From assembly GCA_963664225.1 (NCBI GenBank), contig OY760937.1, forward strand, positions 3,040,001 through 3,104,000: a stretch of 64,000 nt of DNA, read 5' to 3'. Positions 49,380-59,097 of the stretch are shown piece after piece (the stretch's first letter is position 1; every line of letters starts with the position of its first letter). Under the pieces are notes generated by a model that did not search any database, had not been told where the DNA came from, and worked only from the letters and a program-made list of their open reading frames with translations. Both the position numbers and the translations under genes were made by a program. Source of the stretch: Verrucomicrobiia bacterium. GTDB lineage: Bacteria > Verrucomicrobiota > Verrucomicrobiia > Limisphaerales > UBA1319.

Positions 49380-49518
49380 GATGTGGTGGGCGATGGGCGG
49401 CGCGATGGGGAGCAAAGCCTTTGCTATCCCACCCCTTTTTCCATGCCGAATTAACTTGAAAGCGCGTTCCTAAAGTGGCTTTTATAAACAGACACTCAAA
49501 CCCGATACCAATATAACC

Positions 49519-50847
49519 ATGAAAAGACGCAGTTTTCTCAAATCCGCCGCCATTGTCGGCGCGGGCGCGCTCATCCTCCCCAAGGCCAGGCTGTTTGGCG
49601 CGGATGCCGCCAGCAACAAATTAAACATCGCCCTCATTGGCACCTGGGGCCGCGGCGAAGCGCACTTCGACGCGATCTCGAGCGAGAACGTGGTAGCGCT
49701 GTGCGACGTCAACGAAGACCATCTGGCTTTCGGCGCCAAGCGGTTCCCCAATGCCAAGACTTATGTGGATTGGCGCAAGTGTTTGGAGCAGAAAGATATT
49801 AACGCCGTCGTCTGCTGCACCGCCGATCATCATCACGCCTTTGTGGCCACCTGGGCCATGAACCGCGGCATGCATGTTTATTGCGAAAAGCCTTTGGCCA
49901 ACTGCGTCGAAGAGGCCCGGACGGTTCGCGAAACTTACCTCAAAAATAAAAACAAACTGGCCACTCAGTGCGGCACACAGCGCCACGAATTCGAGAATTT
50001 CAATCGCGTGCGCGAGATGATCCGGGACGGGGCCATTGGGAAATTGGAGTCGGTCAGCACCTGGGGTAACCGTCAGATTCCCAAACCCGGCTATTTCCCG
50101 GCCGCAGGCGAACCGCCCAAGAATCTCCATTATGACCTGTGGATTGGGCCCTCGCCGATGCATCCCTACAATCCGGGCTATTTCGTGGGCGGCCCCGGCA
50201 TGAATTGCCTCTCCTGGAACATGTATTGGGATTTCGGTAACGGCCAGATCGGCGATATGGGCAGCCACACCATGGATATTGCCTGGAATGCCATCGACGC
50301 CAAATTGCCCACAGCCGCCGAAGCCAAGGGCGAGCCATACAATCCGGAGGTCAGCCCCGTCCGCATGGAAATGCACATGGATCATCCCGCCAACGATTGG
50401 CGCAAGGGTATCCGCGTTTCCTGGTATCAGGGTGGTGCCATGCCGGAATCCCCGACCCGCATGATCGACCTGAACAAGATCGATCACGGCGCCATGTTCG
50501 AAGGCTCGGAAGGCGTTCTGGTTTCTGACTTTACGCAGCGCGTATTGTTCCCAAATGGCGACAAGTCCAACATGTCCTATTACAAGCCTCGCGCCAAAGA
50601 GGACATGATTCCGCGGATGGGCAATTTCCAGAAGCAATGGATCAACGCCTGCAAGAGCGATCTTAAGACCGCCTGCGACTTCGAATACAGCGGCAACATG
50701 ATCGAGAACATGCTCCTGGGCATGGTCGCTTATCGTGTGGGCAAGAAAATCGAATACGACAACGTTGCCGGCAAGGTGACCAACAGCCCCGAGGCGGATG
50801 CGCTGCTGCGTCGCAAATACCGCGACGGTTGGCCGCTTAACGGTTAG
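49519..50847 (+). CDS. Gfo/Idh/MocA oxidoreductase, Tat-exported
   Basis: RRSFLK twin-arginine signal, VALCDV, YCEKPLA, GDMGSH. Confidence 0.92.
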   Translation: MKRRSFLKSAAIVGAGALILPKARLFGADAASNKLNIALIGTWGRGEAHFDAISSENVVALCDVNEDHLAFGAKRFPNAKTYVDWRKCLEQKDINAVVCCTADHHHAFVATWAMNRGMHVYCEKPLANCVEEARTVRETYLKNKNKLATQCGTQRHEFENFNRVREMIRDGAIGKLESVSTWGNRQIPKPGYFPAAGEPPKNLHYDLWIGPSPMHPYNPGYFVGGPGMNCLSWNMYWDFGNGQIGDMGSHTMDIAWNAIDAKLPTAAEAKGEPYNPEVSPVRMEMHMDHPANDWRKGIRVSWYQGGAMPESPTRMIDLNKIDHGAMFEGSEGVLVSDFTQRVLFPNGDKSNMSYYKPRAKEDMIPRMGNFQKQWINACKSDLKTACDFEYSGNMIENMLLGMVAYRVGKKIEYDNVAGKVTNSPEADALLRRKYRDGWPLNG

Positions 50848-50875
50848 ACCTATTCACTGTTTTTCGTTTATCACG

Positions 50876-50911
50876 CTCCCGTCGTCCGCGAAGGCGACGG
50901 GAGTTTTTTTT
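50876..50911 (+). terminator. Intrinsic terminator
   Basis: CTCCCGTCG...CGACGGGAG followed by T8. Confidence 0.85.
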
Positions 50912-50972
50912 AATCCGTAAAACAGCCGAGGCCCCATTCTGCGAACTTGCAAGTCAGCACAGCAGTCAGGCG

Positions 50973-51905
50973 TCACTCCCTCCCGGCCGGGCCGACATAC
51001 TCCCGCGCGATGACGAGATTGTCGAAATACACAGTGTTCGTGGGGTTCCTGGTCCAACGATCCGTCACGTAAGACTCAAGCGTGAGGGCGTTGGCCCTGA
51101 GCGTCTCGGTTTTGCGCCAGTTGATGCCGCGCCAGTGGCCGAGGAGTTTTCCATCAATCCAGAAAGCCTGCTCGCCATCGGGCTGGCCCGGTGTGTTGTG
51201 CTTGAGCATGAACTCGGCGCAAATCCAGCGGTTCTTCTGAATCACCTCCTGAGGCTCGGGCAGAAACGAGTTGCCCCAGTATTTGCCGTCCGGAGAAACC
51301 TTCATCTCATGCCAGTAACTGTAGAAATTCCACTTCCCGGGCGCATTCCAGCGGGCCCAGTTGCCCCAGGGTTCAAGAGCGGTGGAAAAGCGTTCATCGC
51401 CTGCCGGAAGTAGGCCGGCGCCGCCAAAGCCGGTCCACTTGTCGCCGCCACGCAAGCCCTTGTTGGCGCGCAAGGTAACGAAGTGATGGACGTAGTCGCA
51501 ACCCGGATCGAAGCGAACGTAAAAGCGCACAAAGAGCCGGTCGGATGGCTCGAACCATTTCGTAAGGCCGTCCCCCTGATTCTCGCCCAAACGCGCCTCG
51601 ACTTTCATGCAACGCTGTCCACAGACTTCGCCGTTTGCGGGCACAAGGCTTAGGGCCTTGCCTTTGCCCGCGCCTTTCTCGTCCCAGCGCGCGCCCAAAT
51701 CGCCGGTTTCAAAGTTGTCGGCAAAGATCACGGCCGCGTTTGTGCCAATGCCGGAATCCGCCTTGAATCGCGCCGCAAGTCCCTGTCCTTGAGGCAATTC
51801 GCTGCCCGCAGCGTTGAGGCCGACCAGTGGAATAACGGTTCCAACCCAAAGAGCGGTCAGCAGAATGGACTTCTGAAAAGAGGGCAGCCAGTGAATTGAT
51901 TTCAT
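50973..51905 (-). CDS. Exported hypothetical protein, beta-sandwich / polysaccharide-lyase-like
   Basis: Signal peptide, IFADNFE, LFVRFYVRF, WICAEFMLKHNT..DGEQAFWIDG, FDNLVIA. Confidence 0.65.
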   Translation of the reverse strand: MKSIHWLPSFQKSILLTALWVGTVIPLVGLNAAGSELPQGQGLAARFKADSGIGTNAAVIFADNFETGDLGARWDEKGAGKGKALSLVPANGEVCGQRCMKVEARLGENQGDGLTKWFEPSDRLFVRFYVRFDPGCDYVHHFVTLRANKGLRGGDKWTGFGGAGLLPAGDERFSTALEPWGNWARWNAPGKWNFYSYWHEMKVSPDGKYWGNSFLPEPQEVIQKNRWICAEFMLKHNTPGQPDGEQAFWIDGKLLGHWRGINWRKTETLRANALTLESYVTDRWTRNPTNTVYFDNLVIAREYVGPAGRE

Positions 51906-51960
51906 GATGTTGTTGGTGTAATCGCGTTCAGCCTGGCGATTGATGGTGAGTTTTGTTCTT

Positions 51961-53340
51961 TTACCGGGATTCAAAATGGCCTTTGAGGAGGTACGCGCCA
52001 GGCCCCTGAGGAAGCGTAAGCCTCTTCCCCGCAAGCATCGTCACGTTCGTAACCACCCTTTCTGTCAACGGGTTACGCACGTCAACCCACAGGTCCCGCC
52101 GGGCTTCCAAGGTGATGCCGCCACCAAGGATTCCCATCGGCAGGCACACAAATTGATCTCCAGTGATCGAGCCGATATTTTGCACGCAACCGTTGGTCGG
52201 GCCGGTCACCTCGGGCCAATACCGATTTGGCATGTCGTTGCAAAGAACGGTGAATGGCGCGCCGGGCTCAATGCCGTCATTCCGCGTCCAACGAGCCAGG
52301 TCTGGAGGGAGGATTCTGCGCAGATGCTCAAAGGCATCGATTCCGGGGACCTGCTCGAAGCGCAGCGGCCTGCCTGAAGGCGGGCAACATTGCTCATAGC
52401 CGTAAATGCCCGCACGCGAGTGGAAGACGTAACCGGGCAGGTTCGCAATCCAGGCAAAAGCAGCGGCACTACAAAGTTTGATGGGATCGCTCTCGGCATC
52501 CACGGAAGAACCGGGGCCGATCGGCTCGTTGCTGATGACTGGAGGCACGCCGGGCAGATTGCCGACGCGGTAACAGTCGCGCACCGGGAGCCAGCCGCCC
52601 TCGGGTGTGCGTTTGTCCCGGCTGAAATGCACGGTGGCCAGATCGGCGGCACTGCCTTTGTACATGGAAATAATCCCCTGATTGGAAGTGTCGTCATAGG
52701 AAGTGATCGCCACCAGCACGGGTGTTCGGTCAGAAAGGAATTTCGTGAATTCGCGCAGGTCCTCCACCCCCTGGGCACCGGGAAAACCGTTCTGCCAGGC
52801 TTCATTGGCCACCTCCAGAAACATCAGATTTTGTTCATGACCCGCAATGGCTGCGAGCACCTTGTCCATATGCGCCTGCCTCGCTGGCTTGGACGGCGTC
52901 ACGTATTGCGCATCGGCAAAAAGGGTGATCTCGACCCGCAGCCCATGCTGGCCGGCCAAGGCGAGTAAATCGCCAAACTGCTGCCAATAATCCGGCCATC
53001 CTGCCACAACCCTTCCAAAGCGATTCGTAAACGTGATCGGCGCGATCTCCATGCCCTCCCAGCTCACCATGCTGAGAACGCGCACGTAGTTGAAGCCCCG
53101 GGAGGCCAGGAAACCCAGGTTGCTCTCCAACCGGGCGCGGTCATATTTCGCATCATGCAAGGCCTGGAAGTAAGAGACTCCCAGCCCAAGAAACGGACCG
53201 GCATCATCGCAAAAGGATTTTCCGGACAATTGAACAAGATTGGTGCGGGATGCGGCTTTGGGCGGTTCCGAGACCGGGGTTTCGGCGGCGGCAAGCCATT
53301 CAGAACAGATCAGAGTAAGGACCGCGATAAGGGTTCTCAT
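51961..53340 (-). CDS. Exported hypothetical protein, glycoside-hydrolase-like TIM barrel
   Basis: Signal peptide, GFNYVRV, EVANE, VISNEP. Confidence 0.6.
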   Translation of the reverse strand: MRTLIAVLTLICSEWLAAAETPVSEPPKAASRTNLVQLSGKSFCDDAGPFLGLGVSYFQALHDAKYDRARLESNLGFLASRGFNYVRVLSMVSWEGMEIAPITFTNRFGRVVAGWPDYWQQFGDLLALAGQHGLRVEITLFADAQYVTPSKPARQAHMDKVLAAIAGHEQNLMFLEVANEAWQNGFPGAQGVEDLREFTKFLSDRTPVLVAITSYDDTSNQGIISMYKGSAADLATVHFSRDKRTPEGGWLPVRDCYRVGNLPGVPPVISNEPIGPGSSVDAESDPIKLCSAAAFAWIANLPGYVFHSRAGIYGYEQCCPPSGRPLRFEQVPGIDAFEHLRRILPPDLARWTRNDGIEPGAPFTVLCNDMPNRYWPEVTGPTNGCVQNIGSITGDQFVCLPMGILGGGITLEARRDLWVDVRNPLTERVVTNVTMLAGKRLTLPQGPGAYLLKGHFESR

Positions 53341-54992
53341 GGTTTGGCGTTCCCGTCTTTTCGCTGGAGCAAGAGCACCCAATCTGATTTCGATGGCGCT
53401 GCGAACCGGTGAGTGGCTTTGTTTTCGACATTTTCGGTCCCAAAGGAGAAGCGGCCGCTTACAGGATCATACCAACGGGCGGTAAGCGGGGCGGGGAAGC
53501 CGGACAGGTCGATTTCCACTGCCTCGTTATTTGGAAGGTAGGCAACCGCGAAATCTCCCGACGCGCTTTTGGCCAGGACCATGCGGCGTGTGACATCGTC
53601 CGGTTGGTTCAGGATGAGCGGGTGGGCGGGCTCGAGCCGCCACCATTCGAGGGCGGCGAGGAAATCGTGCAGGTGTTGCATTTGAAAGGCGCTGTCCCAC
53701 TGGAGCGCTTTTTTCCAATAGTCCGATTTGTCCGGGTCATTAACCCAGTTGAAGATGCCACCTTCGCCTCCGGGAACATTCGGCGGCGTTTCTCCGGCGC
53801 CATAGGTGTAGCCAGCGGCACCCGACAGCCATGTGCGCCATCCGAGGGAGCGTGCGTCCACGGCCCGCCAACCCTTCCCGCCCTGACCGTCGTACATCGC
53901 CTCGAGGTTGATGACCGGTTTGTGGGGTTCATGGCGGTAGAGATACAGGTTCCATTCAATGGCATGATGCGCGCACCAATCGATGTGGCCTCCGTTATGG
54001 CCGCTCTGGACACCGGCGAAATCCATGTAGGGTTTGTCGTAGTAATTGGTGGAGAAGGTCGGCACCGGCTGGTCCCATGGCGTGCCGGGATGCTGTGTAA
54101 TAAGGTGCATCGTGGTGGCATCGCGAGCGGCGCGGCCCACGTCGTCCGCCAATGGCATATACTCGCTGTCGAAACTCGGTGAGAAGCTGACGCAGTTGCC
54201 GAACAACCGCGCGATGATGTTCCGGGCGAAAAGGCACGCGTTGCTGGATTCGGGATAGCGCGAGACGGGTTCCATGAGGCCGACCATCATTACAACCATG
54301 CCGTTCTCGTTGGCATATTGCACCTTGCGCTCGAACATTTGCCAGAAGGCGGGATTCCAAACCGCGCACGATTTGTCGGTGAAGGGCTTCTGCCCCTGGC
54401 GATTCACCGCGCCAGCCCATTCCGGGGCGGATGCGATTTGGATCACAGAGAAGTGTTTGGCCTTGCGGTCCGCAATATAGGTTTGCCACTCGTCATCGCT
54501 GGAGCGAAACGGCACGGCCCATGCGGTGTCGCCAATCCACAGGAAAGGGGTTGCATCGTTAAATGTCAGGTAGCGCCGATTCTCGCTGACCTTCAGAAAA
54601 CCGTGCTGATAAAGCGGGTTGGCGCCGTTGTATTTCGAAACGTTGATGCGGCCTTGCCGCCCATTTAATCCGGCATTCGCGGTGTCGGAGCATTCAGTCT
54701 GCCAATTCCAAGTCCCCGGCACAGGGAAGGCGCAGCGAATGCGGAAAATGCTCCCGCCATCCCAGAAACCATAGGTGCGGATGATTCGTTTATCCGGCCC
54801 GGTGTAGGTCACCCGCAAAGTCACGTCGGCGTAGGCGTTAGTATAGACGCGGGTGCTGGTCAGGACATGTTCCCAGCGCTGCCAGGTTTGCGCTCGGGAC
54901 GGATCGAGCCCGGATTGAGATTCCGCTGCCCTGAGGTCTGACAGGCAAAGCACAAAAAACAGCCAGGCGAGAAGCGACTTCAATGCTTTCAT
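53337..54992 (-). CDS. DUF5060-DUF4038-collagen-binding-like exported protein (apiosidase-like)
   Basis: GFWDGG..FRIR, PFLWIGDTAW, QSGH, KPVINLEAMYD, WYDPVSG; ATGA overlap with the next gene. Confidence 0.75.
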   Translation of the reverse strand: MKALKSLLAWLFFVLCLSDLRAAESQSGLDPSRAQTWQRWEHVLTSTRVYTNAYADVTLRVTYTGPDKRIIRTYGFWDGGSIFRIRCAFPVPGTWNWQTECSDTANAGLNGRQGRINVSKYNGANPLYQHGFLKVSENRRYLTFNDATPFLWIGDTAWAVPFRSSDDEWQTYIADRKAKHFSVIQIASAPEWAGAVNRQGQKPFTDKSCAVWNPAFWQMFERKVQYANENGMVVMMVGLMEPVSRYPESSNACLFARNIIARLFGNCVSFSPSFDSEYMPLADDVGRAARDATTMHLITQHPGTPWDQPVPTFSTNYYDKPYMDFAGVQSGHNGGHIDWCAHHAIEWNLYLYRHEPHKPVINLEAMYDGQGGKGWRAVDARSLGWRTWLSGAAGYTYGAGETPPNVPGGEGGIFNWVNDPDKSDYWKKALQWDSAFQMQHLHDFLAALEWWRLEPAHPLILNQPDDVTRRMVLAKSASGDFAVAYLPNNEAVEIDLSGFPAPLTARWYDPVSGRFSFGTENVENKATHRFAAPSKSDWVLLLQRKDGNAKP

Positions 54993-55176
54993 GTGTATAA
55001 AGGAATTGGTGCACACAATAGCATTCCAAATGGATTCTCAAAGCTTCTTTTCGAGAAACCACATCCCAATGACGATTAAGTGAACGCCTGTGCGTCGAGC
55101 GTGGCGCACGCAGGGGCGAATGTGAATTTCGAGGGGATGGCCGACTTCCAACCCCTCAGCAATTGCGATGGCCACG

Positions 55177-55200
55177 CAGGCTGAAGCCGGGACTCCATAC
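55177..55200 (-). repeat. Short REP-like palindrome
   Basis: Minus strand GTATGGAGTCCCGGCTTCAGCCTG, same tag as 8020-8043. Confidence 0.5.
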
Positions 55201-55376
55201 CAAGGAGCGCATTGTCGTGCGCCTTTATCATGGCCTTCCCCCAGGAGAAAGCGCAGCAAGGTGGGTCGCATGAAAGCTTGGACGGTTCTCAGAATAGGTC
55301 TGCGTGGGGCGGACGGATGGCGGCTGACTGCACGTCCTATCCGCAAACGTCCCGGCGTTGCGAACCGAAATGGTTT

Positions 55377-56204
55377 TTATCCCACGGTTTCGCCGATTCT
55401 GAGCGAACGCATGGACATGGAACCCAACGTGACTTTTTCTGCAAAGAAACCGATTGCATCCTTCTTGTCCTGCAGGGCCAGCACGTAGAGCAGGGGCAGG
55501 TAATGCTCGTTCGTGGGGACGGCCTGTCGAGCCGTGGTTCCCAGTTTCGAGTAATGGATGATCGCCTCGTGATTGCCGTCCAGAATGAATTGTCTCATCC
55601 GCTCGTCAAATTCCACGGCCCAGTCAAAGGCTTTGTCCTCCCAGACGATGTCCCGCAGGTTGTGAACGATATTGCCGCTGCCCACGATCAATACCCCCTT
55701 CTTCCGCAGGCCCCTTAATTCTTTGCCCAGCTCGTAATGGAATCCGGGATCCCTGGTGCGATCCAAACTGAGTTGAATGACAGGCACATCGGCTTGAGGG
55801 AACATCCGCGATAAAACCGACCAGGTTCCATGATCGAGCCCCCAATCGATGTCCAGGCCGACGGGAGTTTTTCGAATGGTGCCCTGGATGTATTGTGCCA
55901 GGTCCGGCGCGCCATGCGGAGCGTAGTGTACCCGGTATAGCGCCTCTGGAAAACCGTAAAAGTCGTATATGGTTTTTGGCCGCTCCATCGCGGTGACCTG
56001 CGTGCCCGCGGTCTCCCAATGCGCCGAGATGCAGAGGATGGCCGTGGGTCGGGGCAGTTTTTGCGCCGCCTTGATCCACGCCCGGCTGAACTCGTTGTCC
56101 TCAATCGCATTCATGGGGCTGCCATGCCCGATAAACAGGGCGGGCATCTCAAACCCGGTGTCGGGGGCTTCAGCGAAAGTGCGAATCAGATCTTTGGGAT
56201 TCAT
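55377..56204 (-). CDS. ygiD: 4,5-DOPA extradiol dioxygenase-like (YgiD/LigB family)
   Basis: MPALFIGHGSPMN, ISAHW, WGLDHGTW, GSGNIVHNL, PTNEHYLPL. Confidence 0.9.
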   Translation of the reverse strand: MNPKDLIRTFAEAPDTGFEMPALFIGHGSPMNAIEDNEFSRAWIKAAQKLPRPTAILCISAHWETAGTQVTAMERPKTIYDFYGFPEALYRVHYAPHGAPDLAQYIQGTIRKTPVGLDIDWGLDHGTWSVLSRMFPQADVPVIQLSLDRTRDPGFHYELGKELRGLRKKGVLIVGSGNIVHNLRDIVWEDKAFDWAVEFDERMRQFILDGNHEAIIHYSKLGTTARQAVPTNEHYLPLLYVLALQDKKDAIGFFAEKVTLGSMSMRSLRIGETVG

Positions 56205-56511
56205 GTGGCATTGTTCTTTGAAACTGGCCTGAATTTAAATTGTCCCCTGGCCGGGCGCAAGCGGACTTCCGGGGCACGACCTTTTCCTTTGATACGGCCA
56301 GGAAAACCTCACTTCCAGAGGGCAGGATATTTACAGGCCGCGTTGGGCCGCCGCCGATTAAATGCAAATAGTTGTTTTGTCGTTTAACATCCAAGGCGGC
56401 CAGTCAGGCAAGGATCAAAATTCGGCTAAGGAAGTTTGTGGGATGAACGTGTCCTGTCGAAGGTTCGGTAGGGCTTGCTCCGGTTTGGACGGGTTTGTAT
56501 GGTAGCGGGGC

Positions 56512-57393
56512 ATGCTGATCGTTTCATATTGTTTTGCGATTGCGCTCTTCTCGATGGCCGGGGGGATGTTGCCATTATCCAGCCGTGTCTCCCATTTGAT
56601 GCTGCAGGTCTATCTGAGCCTGTCAGCGGGGGCCATGCTTGGGGCAGCGTTTTTTCACATGTTGCCGGAAAGCGCGGAATTGGCCGGGAAGAATTTCGGA
56701 TTGTGGACGATTTGCGGCGTGATCGGGTTGTATATGATCGAGCGTTTCCTGAGCCCGCACAGCCATGACACATCCGAAGCCAATCCGCACTCCCACTCCC
56801 ACACCCATGAACACGAGGGGCACGTGCATGAGGACCATGAGGATCACGAAGGCCATGCGCACTCCGAGGCCGAGCCTGCGGCGCCGGCCATCGCCGGTTG
56901 GTCTGCGGTGATCGGGCTCTCCATACACACGATACTGGGCGGCGTGGCACTGGGCAGCGCGGTGCTGGCCGGAGCCAAGGGCCTGGGAATGGCGGTGTTC
57001 CTGGCCACTTTATTGCACAAGCCCGCGGATGCCCTGACCATCTCCGCCCTGCTCATCAAGGGTGGCACGAAACGCAGCCGGGTCTTTGCCGTTCAATGTT
57101 TTTTTGCCCTGCTCATACCCGCCGGGGCGGCCCTGTATTATTTTGGCCAGTCGCTCATTACCGGGAGTCTGGAAACGCCTTTCCAGGGCGCGGTCCTGGC
57201 CTTTAGCGCCGGAACCTTCATATGCATCGCCCTGTCGGATTTGCTGCCCGAGGTCCAATTCCACCGCCACGATCGTGGGCGCTTGTTCGCAGCGGTGATT
57301 GCCGGAGCCGCCATCATGTGGGCCACGTCCTTTTTCGAACCGAGCCATGGCCATGGCGACGAGCATCCCGCGACCGAGGTCCTGAAGAATTAG
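56512..57393 (+). CDS. ZIP-family metal transporter with His-rich loop
   Basis: AFFHMLPE, His-rich loop, LHKPAD, SAGTFICIALSDLLPE. Confidence 0.9.
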   Translation: MLIVSYCFAIALFSMAGGMLPLSSRVSHLMLQVYLSLSAGAMLGAAFFHMLPESAELAGKNFGLWTICGVIGLYMIERFLSPHSHDTSEANPHSHSHTHEHEGHVHEDHEDHEGHAHSEAEPAAPAIAGWSAVIGLSIHTILGGVALGSAVLAGAKGLGMAVFLATLLHKPADALTISALLIKGGTKRSRVFAVQCFFALLIPAGAALYYFGQSLITGSLETPFQGAVLAFSAGTFICIALSDLLPEVQFHRHDRGRLFAAVIAGAAIMWATSFFEPSHGHGDEHPATEVLKN

Positions 57394-57733
57394 GGGGCAA
57401 ATCGGGGTTTTCGACTTGGAATGGACGACCTATTGCGAAGGCGATTATTAGACATACCGTCGCGTTTTTGTACACCACTCAGAAACATTCCCACCCTTGA
57501 GCGATAAAGCACTCATGGGCCCATGGCGGATTTCGTGCCTCTGACCGATAAATGAAGGCTATGCCTAAGGTCCACAGCCTGAACTCCCGCTTGGCAGCAT
57601 TCGTTGAAACCTCCTTTGACGGAGGAGTACTGTCAGCGCTTGCTAAACAATGACATCGATTTCATAGGGCGTCGGGAGAGGAAGTCCATGAGTTTGGCCA
57701 GACCGTCGCATACTTGCGCAATCCTATATGGCC

Positions 57734-57749
57734 CGGCACATAAAGTGCT
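57734..57749 (+). promoter_or_regulatory. Candidate sigma54 promoter upstream of the pilin cluster
   Basis: CGGCACATAAAGTGCT, i.e. GG-N10-GC; about 350 nt from the first pilin ATG. Confidence 0.4.
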
Positions 57750-58102
57750 AGTCACACTCATCCATGTTTGTTGCAGTACCTATAATTATTTGGCTGGAAG
57801 CGCATAAGTCGGATTGTACGAGGCGCGAAAGCAAAAGAATGTGCGCAGAGCGGCGGCCCGTGGACTCTTTTGGGACTGGTTGGCGCGTAGCCGCAACAGT
57901 GATTGGGACACATTCAAAGCCGGGCGGACAGTCATACATCCGCGTTGTTTGAACCGGAGTTGGGTTAATTGGGGCGTAAAACTCTGGCGATGAAAACACT
58001 GCGACAATTGAAATTTGTTTGTGGTTATTGGGTATGGTCAATGCGGCCATTCGTATTGCACAGCCCGGATCACGCAGCCCCTCTTATCAAGCCATTGGAA
58101 AT

Positions 58103-58561
58103 ATGAGAATGCGCTATCAACGGGGTAAAAGAACCTCCGGTTTTACGTTGGTTGAAGTTTTGGTGGCCGTTGTCATCCTGAGCATTGGTTCGGCGGCTTT
58201 GTACTCTGGGATTGGGTATGGGTTGAAGTGCCTCGCCCAAATACGCGAGGAACGACGTGCAGTTCAGATTCTATTGCAGGCCACCGAGACCCTTCGGATG
58301 TACAATTGGGACCAATTACACAGCTCCAGCTTTTTGCCCTCCGCCAAAACATATTCCTATAATCCCAGCTCGACTCGCAGCCCGGGAGTCACCTACACCA
58401 ATCGCATCGCTGTAACCACCGTGCCGTCGGCTTCGGAAAATTATCTCACCAACCTCAGTCAGGTCAATGTCGCGATTGACTGGACCAGTGGAGGCAGCTC
58501 GCACCACAGGGAAATCACCACGATCTTCGCGCGCAGAGGATTACAAGTGTATGTCTATTAA
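58103..58561 (+). CDS. Prepilin-type (PilV/GspI-like) protein
   Basis: Class III signal G|FTLVEVLVAVVIL. Confidence 0.85.
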   Translation: MRMRYQRGKRTSGFTLVEVLVAVVILSIGSAALYSGIGYGLKCLAQIREERRAVQILLQATETLRMYNWDQLHSSSFLPSAKTYSYNPSSTRSPGVTYTNRIAVTTVPSASENYLTNLSQVNVAIDWTSGGSSHHREITTIFARRGLQVYVY

Positions 58562-59093
58562 AACCAGGTTTCTATTGGATACACCTCGCAAAGCAGGAGG
58601 TTTTACCGTTGTGGAGATGATGGTGGCCTCTGCGATCGGCTGCTTGATATCGCTGGCGATTATCATCATGACAATTCACACGCTTTACAGTTTCAGGGCC
58701 TTTTCAAATTATGCCGAGAGCGAGAGGGAAACTCGAACTGCCACGGATTGGCTAAGCCGGGACATTCGACAGGCTTCCAGTGTGGTCCAAACGACGACAA
58801 ACGACCTTGCTCTCTTAATAACGAACAATCTGGTCACTTATACTTATTATGCCGCCACACGCACCGTCACCCGGCGCGCAGCAAACGATTCAAAAGTCCT
58901 TCTGAGGGACTGTTTGAATGCGGGCTTCACCATTTATCGGGGAAGCGCCCTAGGGGCTGCCTATGGGCAGTTTGTGCCAGGCACCAATGGTGCCAAACTT
59001 GTCGGATATTACTGGCACTGCGGAGTCACCAATGGAGACGGATCGGTTAATTCCACCGATGCTGATTCGGCTCTGGTGGTCATGAGGAATTAG
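58551..59093 (+). CDS. Prepilin-type (PilW/GspJ-like) protein
   Basis: G|FTVVEMMVA, LSRDIRQA; overlaps the previous gene. Confidence 0.85.
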   Translation: MSIKTRFLLDTPRKAGGFTVVEMMVASAIGCLISLAIIIMTIHTLYSFRAFSNYAESERETRTATDWLSRDIRQASSVVQTTTNDLALLITNNLVTYTYYAATRTVTRRAANDSKVLLRDCLNAGFTIYRGSALGAAYGQFVPGTNGAKLVGYYWHCGVTNGDGSVNSTDADSALVVMRN

Positions 59094-59097
59094 CCAC

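Noticed and set aside
56355..56380. Fur/Zur-like box between ygiD and the ZIP transporter
   Set aside because: AT-rich but not convincingly palindromic
57394..58102. Riboswitch (e.g. c-di-GMP) or small ORFs in the long spacer before the pilin genes
   Set aside because: No recognisable aptamer consensus and the short ORFs lack motifs; an Rfam scan would be needed
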